NCBI GenBank assembly: GCA_963720015.1
Contig: CAVREA010000004.1
Coordinates: 213,141 to 277,140 of the forward strand
Direction: 5' to 3'
Length of the DNA stretch: 64,000 nucleotides
Origin: an uncultured Actinomycetes bacterium
Lineage (GTDB): Bacteria; Actinomycetota; Thermoleophilia; Solirubrobacterales; 70-9
Part shown: piece by piece, positions 1 to 8,189 of the stretch
How positions within the stretch are numbered: position 1 is the first letter of the stretch
Layout: the number at the start of each line of letters is the position of its first letter
The notes under the pieces: generated by a model
Databases searched by the model: none
What the model was told of the DNA's origin: nothing
What the model saw: only the letters and a program-made list of their open reading frames with translations
Translations under genes and position numbers: made by a program

Positions 1-936
1 ACTTCCAGCGCGGCGCGGTGAGCGCCGCCTTCCGCTGGGTCCCCGCGGAGATCCCCACCCTCGAGTCGCTGCACCTGCCGTCGATCCTGCTCGACATGAC
101 CCGCAAGCCGCGCGGGTTCATCCTCGTCACCGGCCCGACGGGCTCGGGCAAGTCGACGACCCTGGCGGCGATGATCGACGCGATCAACCAGGAGCGCGAG
201 GACCACATCCTCACGATCGAGGACCCGATCGAGTTCCTCCACAAGCCACAAGAGCTCGATCGTCAACCAGCGCGAGGTCGGCTCCGACGCCCCGGACTTC
301 GCCCTCGGCCTGAAGGCGGCCCTGCGCCAGGATCCCGACGTCATCCTCGTCGGCGAGATGAGGGACCTGGAGACGATCTCGACCGCGCTGACGGCGGCCG
401 AGACGGGGCACCTCGTGTTCGCCACCCTGCACACCCAGTCCACCGCGCAGACGGTTGACCGCATCATCGACGTCTTCCCCCCGCAGCAGCAGGGTCAGGT
501 CAGGACGCAGCTCTCGATCGCGCTCCAGGGCATCGTCACCCAGCAGCTTCTTCCCACCGCCGATGGCTCGGGCCGGGTCGTTGCCACCGAGGTGCTGGTG
601 CCGACACCGGCGATCCGCAACCTGATCCGCGAGGCGAAGACGCACCAGATCTACTCCGCGGTCCAGACCTCGGGCTCGGTCGGGATGCAGACGATGGACG
701 CCGACCTGGCGCGCCTCGTCCGCGAGGGGCGGATCACCCGCCAGCTCGCCGAGCAGCGGGCGTCGGTGCCGGAGGAGCTGCGCCGCTTGATGGGCGGGGA
801 GATGCCGCGCCCGGCCGAGCTCGCCGGCCAGGCAAACGGCTCGTCCAACGGCCACCCGGCCGGCTCGGCCTCGCGCCCGGCCGCCGCCTCGGTCCCGGCG
901 CCCAGCGCGCCGCCTCCGCAGGCTCACCAGGGGTAG
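1..936 (+). pseudogene. pilT: Type IV pilus retraction ATPase PilT. The 5' end runs off the window and there is one apparent 1-nt insertion near 246.
   Basis: Frame 0 from nt 3 reads [23 protein letters not shown]...[22 protein letters not shown] (Walker A)...[10 protein letters not shown]. The frame then changes near 246. Frame 1 continues [17 protein letters not shown]...[16 protein letters not shown]...[12 protein letters not shown] (ORF 358..936). This is colinear with PilT family proteins. Confidence 0.85.
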
Positions 937-945
937 GGAGCGGAG

Positions 946-2187
946 ATGGCGGCCAACACTTACGCCTTCAACGCCGTCGACCTCGCGGGCGTCGCCGCCA
1001 AGGGCGAGGTCGAGGCCGAGTCGAAGGCGCAGGTCACCGAGCAGCTCCGCCAGCGCGGGCTGATCGTCCTCGACGTCAACGAGAAGAAGGGGTCGGTCAA
1101 CCTCGAGGAGCTCTTCCAGCGCCTCCAGGGGATCTCGATGCGCGAGCTGGCGATCTTCTCGCGGCAGTTCGCAACCCTGGTCGCCTCGGGGATGCCGATG
1201 CTGCGCTCCCTGCACTCGCTCGAGGCCCAGACCGAGGACCAGCAGATCAAGGAGGCCGTCTACGCGGTCCGCCAGGACGTCGAGGCCGGCAGCTCGCTCG
1301 AGCACGCGATGGAGAAGCACCCGAAGGTTTTCGACCGCCTCTTCCGCTCGATGGTCCGCTCCGGCGAGCAGTCCGGGCGCCTCGAGGAGGCGCTCGACCG
1401 GGTCGCCTTCCATCTCGAGAAGATGGACGCCCTCCGCCGCCAGGTGCGCTCGGCGCTGATGTACCCGTCCTTCGTCTTCGCCGTCGCCCTGATCGTGATG
1501 ATGGTCGTCGTCGCCTTCATCGTCCCCGTCTTCGTCGGCATCTTCCTCGAGCTCGCCGCGGAGAACCCCGAGGAGAGCGTCACGCTGCCGCTGCCGACCA
1601 AGATCACGATGGGCGCCTCGGACGCGATCACCGGCCGCTGGTACATCCTCTTCCCGGCCCTGGGCGGCCTCGCCTTCGCCTTCCTCAAGTGGAAGAAGAC
1701 GGTCGGCGGCCGCGCCCGCTGGGACCGCTTCAAGCTGCACATCCCGTTCAAGATCGGCGACGTGATCCAGAAGATCGCCCTCGCCCGCTGGTCGCGCACC
1801 TTCTCCGGCTCGGTCTCCTCGGGCGTGCCGATGCTGCAGTCGATCCAGATCACCGGCGAGACCTCTGGCAACGTCGTCGTCGAGGAGGCGATGGGCGAGA
1901 TCTACGAGTCCGTCAAGCGGGGCGGCTCGATCGCCGCCCCGATCGAGGCCCACTCGATCTTCCCGCCGATGGTCGGCCACATGGTCGCCGTCGGCGAGGA
2001 GACGGGGCAGCTCGAGAACATGCTCTCCAAGATCGCCGACTTCTACGAGGCCGAGGTCGACGCCAAGGTCAAGGCGCTCACCTCGCTGATCGAGCCGCTG
2101 ATGATCTGCTTCGTCGGCGGCGTCGTCGGCTTCATCGTCATCTCGATGTACCTGCCGATCTTCGAGCTCTACGACAAGATCCGCTAG
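946..2187 (+). CDS. pilC: Type IV pilus platform protein PilC (GspF family), 413 aa
   Basis: The ORF is intact. It has the duplicated GspF-type architecture with hydrophobic segments (LMYPSFVFAVALIVMMVVVAFIVPVF, LIEPLMICFVGGVVGFIVISMYLPIF) and sits between pilT and pilA. Confidence 0.9.
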   Translation: MAANTYAFNAVDLAGVAAKGEVEAESKAQVTEQLRQRGLIVLDVNEKKGSVNLEELFQRLQGISMRELAIFSRQFATLVASGMPMLRSLHSLEAQTEDQQIKEAVYAVRQDVEAGSSLEHAMEKHPKVFDRLFRSMVRSGEQSGRLEEALDRVAFHLEKMDALRRQVRSALMYPSFVFAVALIVMMVVVAFIVPVFVGIFLELAAENPEESVTLPLPTKITMGASDAITGRWYILFPALGGLAFAFLKWKKTVGGRARWDRFKLHIPFKIGDVIQKIALARWSRTFSGSVSSGVPMLQSIQITGETSGNVVVEEAMGEIYESVKRGGSIAAPIEAHSIFPPMVGHMVAVGEETGQLENMLSKIADFYEAEVDAKVKALTSLIEPLMICFVGGVVGFIVISMYLPIFELYDKIR

Positions 2188-2475
2188 CCCGCCCGACCTT
2201 CGATCCGCCGCGGGAGGCGATCAGGCACGCGCGAGCAAGAGGTGCCACTCGTTGCGAGGGCTGTACCTCCCGTCCGCGCGGCGGTGGGGAGCCAGCGCTT
2301 CGACGATCGCCTCTCGTAGTCAGGACCGAGCCGCGGCGGGTTGACCCGTTATTGCGGCGGGGTGCCTGCCGGACCCTCGGTCCACCCAAAATTCGACCCA
2401 CGTTGCAGCACTAGTGACGATCCAGTTCAGGCGTGGGAAGCCGATAACCCCAGCGTGTGGAAATTGCCAGTGCCA

Positions 2476-2555
2476 CGGTGTCAAAGGCAAATCCGTCGCG
2501 AGGCGGAGACGCAAAGCAAACGGAGCTCGTTCGCGAGCTGGCCGGGCTACCACCG
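2476..2555 (+). promoter_or_regulatory. Candidate c-di-GMP-I (GEMM-I) class riboswitch aptamer in the pilA leader
   Basis: Elements read directly:
- P1: CGGUG (2476-2480) pairs with CACCG (2551-2555).
- Junction: UCAAAGGCAAA.
- P2: UCCGUC-GCGA-GGCGGA (2492-2507), a 6-bp stem with a GNRA loop.
- GACGCAAAGC (2508-2517).
- P3: CGG-AGCUCG-UUCG-CGAGCU-GG-CCG (2521-2544).
- GGCUAC before the P1 3' strand.
The block GGCAAA + 6-bp stem + GNRA + 6 nt + GACGCAAAGC has the same lengths and near-identical conserved bases as my recollection of V. cholerae Vc2 (GGCAAACCAUUCGAAAGAGUGGGACGCAAAGCC). GCCGGGCUACC resembles the conserved 3' junction. It lies 68 nt upstream of the pilA ATG in a locally lower-GC, 430-nt non-coding gap. 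Confidence 0.6.
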
Positions 2556-2623
2556 AGGTATTCATTCACCAAGTGGCTTCACGCGGGGCCCTGGCGCAAT
2601 CGATAGGCACCTAGGAGGTTCCT

Positions 2624-3094
2624 ATGCTGCAGAAGATGCGTGAGCGCCTCGGCGCCCGCCTCCGTAACGAGGAGTCCGGCTTCACTCTGGTCGAGCTCCT
2701 GGTCGTCATGCTGATCCTCGGCATCCTCGCCGCGATCGCCATCCCGTCCTTCTTCAACCAGAGGGACAAGGCCGGTGACGCAGAGGCCAAGGCCGGCGCG
2801 AAGACCGCTCAGACCGCGATGGAGACGTACGCGACTGAGAACAACGGCAACTACACCGGCGCTGACGTCGCCGCCCTGGTCGCAATTGAGCCGACCCTGG
2901 GTGGGCTGGGAGCCGATCTCACGGTTTCCGGTGTCGCCGCCAACACCTACACGGTGAGCGTCAACTCGAGCACCCTGAACGATTTCAACATCGCCCGGGG
3001 CGCCGGCGGAGCGCTGACCTACACCTGCACGGTCGATGCCTCCAACGGCACCAACCGTGGTGGCTGCCCCACCGGCGGCAACTGGGACAACTAA
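2624..3094 (+). CDS. pilA: Type IV major pilin (prepilin with N-terminal methylation motif), 156 aa
   Basis: The leader is followed by G/FTLVELLVVMLILGILAAIAIPSF, the class III signal peptide with conserved E5. AGGAGG sits 6-11 nt upstream of the ATG. A strong hairpin follows the stop. Confidence 0.9.
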   Translation: MLQKMRERLGARLRNEESGFTLVELLVVMLILGILAAIAIPSFFNQRDKAGDAEAKAGAKTAQTAMETYATENNGNYTGADVAALVAIEPTLGGLGADLTVSGVAANTYTVSVNSSTLNDFNIARGAGGALTYTCTVDASNGTNRGGCPTGGNWDN

Positions 3095-3126
3095 CCCGGT
3101 CCACCGGTAGCAGCTGACGCACTGAG

Positions 3127-3160
3127 AGGGGCGGGCCCGCAACATGGCCCGCCCCTTGTG
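3127..3160 (+). terminator. Intrinsic-terminator-like hairpin after pilA
   Basis: AGGGGCGGGCC (3127-3137) pairs perfectly with GGCCCGCCCCU (3146-3156) across an 8-nt loop, and is followed by UGUG. It could act as an attenuator separating the highly expressed pilin from downstream genes. The U-tract is weak. Confidence 0.55.
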
Positions 3161-3220
3161 CGTCGAGGCTGCCCGCCGTCAAGCCTGAGCCTGCCCCGCC
3201 GATAACAACCTGACCAGCGC

Positions 3221-6196
3221 ATGAACATGAACCAGATCAAGAGCATTCTCAGCCGGGCCTTTCCCTGCGCGCTCGTAGCCGCGGCTTTCCTCGCGCCGCT
3301 GGCAAGCAGCGCCGCGGCGGCGCCTGCCTCCTTCCTGGCCGTGTCCGACGACGGCAGCCGGGCGCTCTTCTCGACCAGTGAGGCCCTGGTCCCCGGCGAC
3401 ACCGACTTCCGCATCGACGTCTACGAGCGCGCCGGCGGGATCACCCGCCTGCTCTCGACCGGGCCGACCGGCGGCAACAGCGCCTTCGACGCGACCTTCG
3501 GCGGCGCCTCCAACGACGGCCTGCGGGTCTTCTTCACGACCAGCGAGCGCCTCGTGCCCGGCGACACCGACAACGCGCGCGACGTGTACCTGCGTACGGG
3601 CGGCGCGACGACGCTGATCTCGACCGGCCCTGCAGGCGGCAACGGCGACGCCGACGCGGACATCACTGGGATCACCGACGACGGGACGCTCGCGTACTAC
3701 GTCACCAACGAGCAGCTCACCAGCGCCGACCAGGACACCTCCTTCGACATCTACTCCCGCTCGGACACGGCCACCGAGCTGATCTCGACCGGGCCCGGGG
3801 TCGGCAACGGCCCTCACACCGCGGTCTTCAACGGCGCCTCCGCCGACGGCTCGGAGGTCGTGTTCACGACCAGCGAGCAGATGGACGTCGCCGACACCGA
3901 CCTGCGCCCCGACATCTACATGCGCACCGCCGGCACGACCTCGCTCGTCTCGATCGGCCCGAACGGCGGCAACGGCGCCATCGACCCGATCTTCTTCGAC
4001 ATCAGCACCGATGGCACGAAGGTGTTCTTCGAGACCAACGAATCGCTCGTCACCGCCGACACGGACAGCGCCGCAGACGTGTACGAGCGCGACGGAAGCA
4101 CCACCGCCCTCGTCTCGGCCGGCGGGGTCGCCTCCAACGCCGCCAACTACGCCGGCTCCTCCGCCGACGGGTCCCGCGTGTTCTTCGAGACCGACGAGTC
4201 CCTCAGCGGCGTTGACGTCGACTCGGTCTCCGACGTCTACGAGCGGTTCTCGGGGACGACCACGCTGATCTCGACCGGACCCTCCGACGGGCCGGGCGCG
4301 TTCCCCGCCTTCTTCCGGGCGGCATCCACCGACGGGACCCGGGTGATCTTCAGCACCGCCAAGGCCCTGACCGCGGCCGACGTCGACTCCTTCGCCGACG
4401 TCTACGAGACCTCCGGCGGGACGACCACCCTGATCTCGGCGGGCACGGCCGGGCTCCCGGCGTTCTTCAGCCAGGCCTCCGCCGACGGGTCGAGTGTCTT
4501 CTTCCTCACCCAGGAGGAGCTCTCCGGCTCCGACACCGACTCGCAGGCCGACGTCTACCGGGTCAACGGCGGCACCACGCTGCTGATCTCTACGGGCCCG
4601 GGCGTGACCGGCGGCAACGGCCCCTTCGACCCGCAGCTCACGGGTATCTCCGCCGACGGCTCGAAGGCCTTCCTGCAGACCCAGGAGCGCCTCACCACCG
4701 ACGACCTCGAGAACGAGGAGGACATCTTCGAGCGCAGCGGCTCGACGACGGTGCTGGTCTCGATCGGCAACTCCGCCCCCCTCGGACCCGGGGTCCCGGT
4801 GCTGACCGGCTCCTCGCCCGCCTCGCCCGCCAACGCCAACTCGCCGCTGATCGTCGGGCAGTCGGACCCCGGGACGACGCTGAAGCTCTACTCGTCGGCG
4901 AACTGCACGGGCGCGCCGGTCGCCACGGGCACCGCGGCCGAGCTCGCCTCGCCGGGCATCCAGGTGACCGTCGCCGACGACTCGAGCACCACCTTCAGGG
5001 CGCAGGCGACCGACTCCCTCGGTGACACCTCGACCTGCTCGTCGACCTCGGTCACCTACGTCGAGGACTCCCTGGCACCAGGCCCCCCGGACCTGACGGC
5101 GACCGACCCCGGCTCCCCCGCCAACGACAACACGCCGCTGGTCAAGGGTGACGCGGAGGCCGGCTCGGCGGTCGCCCTCTACACCACGGACGACTGCTCG
5201 GGAGCGGCCGCTGCCACCGGCTCCGCCGCCGCCTTCGCCTCACCCGGGATCCAGGTGACCGTCGCGGACGAGTCGACCACCGTCTTCCGCGCCCGCGCCA
5301 CCGACGCCGCGGGCAACGTCTCGGCCTGCTCCTCCGGCTCGATCTCCTACCAGGAGGTCTCGAGCGCGCCGGCCGCTCCTGCGCTCGCGGCGTTCGGCGC
5401 CGCCTCGCCCGCCAACCAGAACAGCGTGCACGTGAAGGGCACCGCCCCGGCGGGCTCCACGGTCGAGATCTTCAAGGGCCCGTGCACGGGGGCCCCGGCG
5501 GCCACCGGCACCGCGGCGGAGCTCGCCGGAGCCGGGATCGTCGTCTCGGTCGTCAACGACTCGACCACGACCTTCCGCGCCACCGCGACCCGTTTCGGCG
5601 TCGAGTCGCCCTGTTCGAACGGGGTGACCTTCGTCGAGGACTCGACCAGGCCCGGGACGCCGCGCCTCGACGTGCCGTCCGCGCCCCGGAACGACAACTC
5701 GCTGCGGATCGAGGGCACGGCCGAGGTCAACTCGACGGTGAAGCTCTACCGGCAGGCCTCCTGCGGCGGAGCGCCGGCGCTCGTCGCCGCCGCCGCCGAG
5801 CTCGGCTCCGGCATCGTCATCCAGGTCCCGGACAACTCGGTCACGACCCTCTACGCGCTCGCCGTCGACCGGGCTGGAAATAACTCGGCCTGCTCCTCTG
5901 AGCCGGCCGTCTACACCGAGGACTCGGCGGCGCCCCGCACCCGGATCACCTTCGCGCCCGGGGTGAAGACGCGCGACCGCACGCCGACCTTCCGCTTCCG
6001 GGACGTCACCGGCAACGAGCACACCCGCTTCCTCTGCAAGCTCGACCGGCGGCCATTCCGCTCCTGCGGCACGCCGCTGCGGCTGCGGAAGCTGGGGCCG
6101 GGCAGGCACACCTTCCGGGTCAAGGCCGTCGACTACGCCGGCAACCGCGAGAAGCGGGCGAGCAAGCGCCGCTTCACGGTGGTCAGGACCCGATGA
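3221..6196 (+). CDS. Secreted repeat protein, 991 aa: Sec signal peptide, about 9 PD40/TolB-like beta-propeller repeats, 4 Ig-like repeats and a C-terminal related domain. Candidate pilus-associated adhesin.
   Basis: The N-terminus MNMNQIKSILSRAFPCALVAAAFLAPLASSAAAAP looks like a signal peptide. The stop overlaps the ATG of the next (minor pilin) gene as ATGA (6193-6196). It is a single intact 2.97-kb ORF with strong internal periodicity. Confidence 0.8.
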   Translation: MNMNQIKSILSRAFPCALVAAAFLAPLASSAAAAPASFLAVSDDGSRALFSTSEALVPGDTDFRIDVYERAGGITRLLSTGPTGGNSAFDATFGGASNDGLRVFFTTSERLVPGDTDNARDVYLRTGGATTLISTGPAGGNGDADADITGITDDGTLAYYVTNEQLTSADQDTSFDIYSRSDTATELISTGPGVGNGPHTAVFNGASADGSEVVFTTSEQMDVADTDLRPDIYMRTAGTTSLVSIGPNGGNGAIDPIFFDISTDGTKVFFETNESLVTADTDSAADVYERDGSTTALVSAGGVASNAANYAGSSADGSRVFFETDESLSGVDVDSVSDVYERFSGTTTLISTGPSDGPGAFPAFFRAASTDGTRVIFSTAKALTAADVDSFADVYETSGGTTTLISAGTAGLPAFFSQASADGSSVFFLTQEELSGSDTDSQADVYRVNGGTTLLISTGPGVTGGNGPFDPQLTGISADGSKAFLQTQERLTTDDLENEEDIFERSGSTTVLVSIGNSAPLGPGVPVLTGSSPASPANANSPLIVGQSDPGTTLKLYSSANCTGAPVATGTAAELASPGIQVTVADDSSTTFRAQATDSLGDTSTCSSTSVTYVEDSLAPGPPDLTATDPGSPANDNTPLVKGDAEAGSAVALYTTDDCSGAAAATGSAAAFASPGIQVTVADESTTVFRARATDAAGNVSACSSGSISYQEVSSAPAAPALAAFGAASPANQNSVHVKGTAPAGSTVEIFKGPCTGAPAATGTAAELAGAGIVVSVVNDSTTTFRATATRFGVESPCSNGVTFVEDSTRPGTPRLDVPSAPRNDNSLRIEGTAEVNSTVKLYRQASCGGAPALVAAAAELGSGIVIQVPDNSVTTLYALAVDRAGNNSACSSEPAVYTEDSAAPRTRITFAPGVKTRDRTPTFRFRDVTGNEHTRFLCKLDRRPFRSCGTPLRLRKLGPGRHTFRVKAVDYAGNREKRASKRRFTVVRTR
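3332..4780 (+). repeat. About 9 tandem ~50-aa coding repeats (S.DGS.V.F.T.E.L...D.D...D.Y.R..G.TTLIS.GP.GGNG)
   Basis: The repeat cores are SDDGSRALF, SNDGLRVFF, TDDGTLAYY, SADGSEVVF, STDGTKVFF, SADGSRVFF, STDGTRVIF, SADGSSVFF and SADGSKAFL. Each is followed by DTD...DVYER..G.TTLISTGP. This pattern is typical of PD40/WD40-like beta-propeller blades. Confidence 0.7.
4790..5930 (+). repeat. 4 tandem ~90-aa Ig-like coding repeats
   Basis: The recurring unit is SPAN.N.P...G.A..GS.V.LY....C.G.P.ATG.AAE....GI.V.V.D.STT.FRA.A.D..GN.S.CSS..V.Y.ED. A fifth, diverged unit follows (5930-6190: TPTFRF...FLCKLD...C...GRHTFRVKAVDYAGN). Confidence 0.7.
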
Positions 6197-6751
6197 CCCG
6201 CCGGGCAGACCTCGAGCAGGGCTTCACCCTGATCGAGCTGATCGTCGCGATGGCGATGCTGATGGCGGTTCTCTCGATCGCCGTTCCCCTGATGACCACG
6301 GCGATGCGCAGCGAGCCGGAGCTGCGGGAGAAGTCGGCGAACGTGCAGACCGCGCGCGTGGTGCTCGACCGTCTCACCCGCGAGATCAGGGAGGGCGTCT
6401 CCGTCGTCAGCTCGACCCCGACGACCCTGGCCTACCGCACCTACACCCGCAGGTCCACCTGCGGCGGGACCGCGATCCTGCCCGCCGGCGCCCCCGCGAT
6501 GCTCTGCCGCGTTACCTACCAGTGCGCGGCCGGTACCTGCACCAGGACCGAGGCGAAGGAGGACGGAACCGGTCCGGGCCCCGCGGTGCAGTTCATCACC
6601 GGCCTGCAGAGCAACAGCATCTTCTCCTACACCCCCGCGGGGGACCCGACGTTTCATCGAGGTCTCACTCGTCCTGCCGAATCCCGACGGCACCGGGAAC
6701 CTGTCGATCGAGGACGGCGCCACCCTCCGCAACGCGACCCTCTCGAACTGA
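6193..6751 (+). pseudogene. Minor (pseudo)pilin with a prepilin-type N-terminus. There is an apparent +1 frameshift near 6652, or alternatively read-through fusion to the next pilin.
   Basis: The N-terminus is MTRRADLEQGFTLIELIVAMAMLMAVLSIAV. After ...YTPAGDPTF the alternative frame reads IEVSLVLPNPDGTGNLSIEDGATLRNATLSN and stops at TGA 6749-6751, which overlaps the ATG at 6751 (TGATG). The in-frame continuation is an Arg/Pro-rich stretch typical of out-of-frame translation. Confidence 0.65.
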
Positions 6752-8187
6752 TGAGGACCGCGCCCCGCAACGAGGACGGGTTCACGATCATCGAGGTGCT
6801 GGTCGCCGCGCTGATCATGGTCCTCGGCCTGCTCGCCACCTTCCAGGTCCTCAACGCCGCAACCACGAACGCGAGCCGCGCCAAGTCGGGTCAGGTCGCG
6901 ATCAACGTCGCCCAGCAGGAGATGGAGAAGCTCCGCGCCCTGACCTGGAGCCAGCTCGCCCTGACCGCGTCCCCGGGCTTCTCGAGCAACCCGAAGAACC
7001 CGCTCAACCGGGTCAACACCAGCGACGGGAGCTTCGCCCTGACGGCCGGCCCCAACGGCAACTGGGCGACGCTCGTCCGCAACGGCGGCTCCCTCAACGG
7101 CGGCGGCGTGATCAGCGGCGGAACGGTGGACCCTGGCCCCCAGTCGTTCACGTCCGGCGACGTCAGCGGCCGCATCTACCGCTTCATCGTCTGGCGGGAC
7201 GACCCCACCTGCCCGACCTCCTACTGCCAGGGCGTCCAGGACTACAAGCGGATCATCGTCGCGGTCAAGCTCAACGTCACCGGCCAGCTCAACTACGACC
7301 GCCGCTATGTCGAGATCACCTCCGACTTCATCGATCCCAACGACAGCCCCGTCACCGAGCCGACGCCGGGGGCGAACGGGGTCGTCACCGGCCAGCAGTT
7401 CTTCCTCTCGGACTCGCCCTGCGCGGCGAGCGGCAGCACCGTTCGCCAGGACATCACCGGCGAGCACCTGCTCCACAACACCCTCGGCACCTGCGCCAGC
7501 GGCCCGCAGACGGGGGTCACCCCGGGCGCGCCCGACGCGCTGATCACGGGCTATCCGCCCGACCCGGAGCCCGCGAACAACCTCGTCCCGCTCAGCTACG
7601 ACTACTCCAACGACTTCTACCTCGAGCCGACCCCCGACTACGACAAGGGCGTGCAGATCCGCCGCCAGGACACGAGCGGCTGCAGCTACACGCCGACCGG
7701 GTCGAACCCGGAGTCGATGATCCACCGCTGGGTCACGGATCCGATGCCCGCCTCCTTCACGATGACGGGCTCGACGACGCTCGAGTTCTACACCCGCACG
7801 ATCAACAGCAGCTCGCACACCGGCAGGATGTGCGCCTACCTCTTCACCCGGTCCGAATCCGGGACGCCGCCGGTGGCGACCGACGCGAGGTTCATGAATA
7901 TAGGCGTGGGATCGATCGGCTTCGGGCAGCCCTACTTCGGCTACCAGCCCGGCGGCAGCAACCTCTGGCCTGGCACCTGCACAGGGGTCGTCGTCAACGG
8001 CTGGACGCGGTGCAGGCTGGCGATGAGCCTCCCGCCGACCACGATCCCCGTCGGCCGGCGGCTCGGCGTCGCGATCAGCGTCGACCGCGCCCTGACCCCC
8101 GCGGACGCCCTGCCCTTCCTCTACGACCATCCGGAGTACCCGAGCCGGCTCGAGGTCGACACGACGACGCCCCTGGACATGGGGTAG
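6751..8187 (+). CDS. Large minor pilin, ~478 aa: prepilin N-terminus plus a ~440-aa C-terminal domain
   Basis: A second class III signal lies inside ORF 6193..8187: MRTAPRNEDGFTIIEVLVAALIMVLGLLATF. A large globular region with several Cys follows. Confidence 0.75.
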   Translation: MRTAPRNEDGFTIIEVLVAALIMVLGLLATFQVLNAATTNASRAKSGQVAINVAQQEMEKLRALTWSQLALTASPGFSSNPKNPLNRVNTSDGSFALTAGPNGNWATLVRNGGSLNGGGVISGGTVDPGPQSFTSGDVSGRIYRFIVWRDDPTCPTSYCQGVQDYKRIIVAVKLNVTGQLNYDRRYVEITSDFIDPNDSPVTEPTPGANGVVTGQQFFLSDSPCAASGSTVRQDITGEHLLHNTLGTCASGPQTGVTPGAPDALITGYPPDPEPANNLVPLSYDYSNDFYLEPTPDYDKGVQIRRQDTSGCSYTPTGSNPESMIHRWVTDPMPASFTMTGSTTLEFYTRTINSSSHTGRMCAYLFTRSESGTPPVATDARFMNIGVGSIGFGQPYFGYQPGGSNLWPGTCTGVVVNGWTRCRLAMSLPPTTIPVGRRLGVAISVDRALTPADALPFLYDHPEYPSRLEVDTTTPLDMG

Positions 8188-8189
8188 CC

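Noticed and set aside
211-1980. Long antisense or off-frame ORFs of 200-800 aa, for example 211..1980(-), 6133..8220(-), 8121..9554(-), 24305..26269(-), 35464..37848(+), 41284..43659(-), 43122..45431(-) and 51724..53364(-).
   Set aside because: Their translations are Arg/Ala/Gly/Pro-rich low-complexity strings with no motifs. They overlap genes with clear family signatures on the other strand or frame. Stop-codon scarcity at this GC level produces such ORFs by chance.
2476-2555. Assigning the leader element to the class II c-di-GMP riboswitch because of the ACGCAAAGC motif and the Clostridioides pilA1 precedent.
   Set aside because: The overall layout (GGCAAA junction, GNRA-capped P2, three-way junction closed by P1) fits class I (GEMM-I). 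I could not find the class II pseudoknot or kink-turn features.
2190-2623. A sigma-54 promoter (TGGCAC-N5-TTGC), as in proteobacterial pilA genes.
   Set aside because: I could only find partial matches (GTGCCAC, CTGGCGCAATCG), with the wrong spacing. Actinobacteria generally lack RpoN.
6193-8187. Treating 6193..8187 as one 664-aa pilin-like protein.
   Set aside because: A second complete prepilin signal occurs at residue 187, right after a TGATG junction that becomes a stop/start in the alternative frame. Two genes with an indel is the simpler reading, though a real fusion is not excluded.
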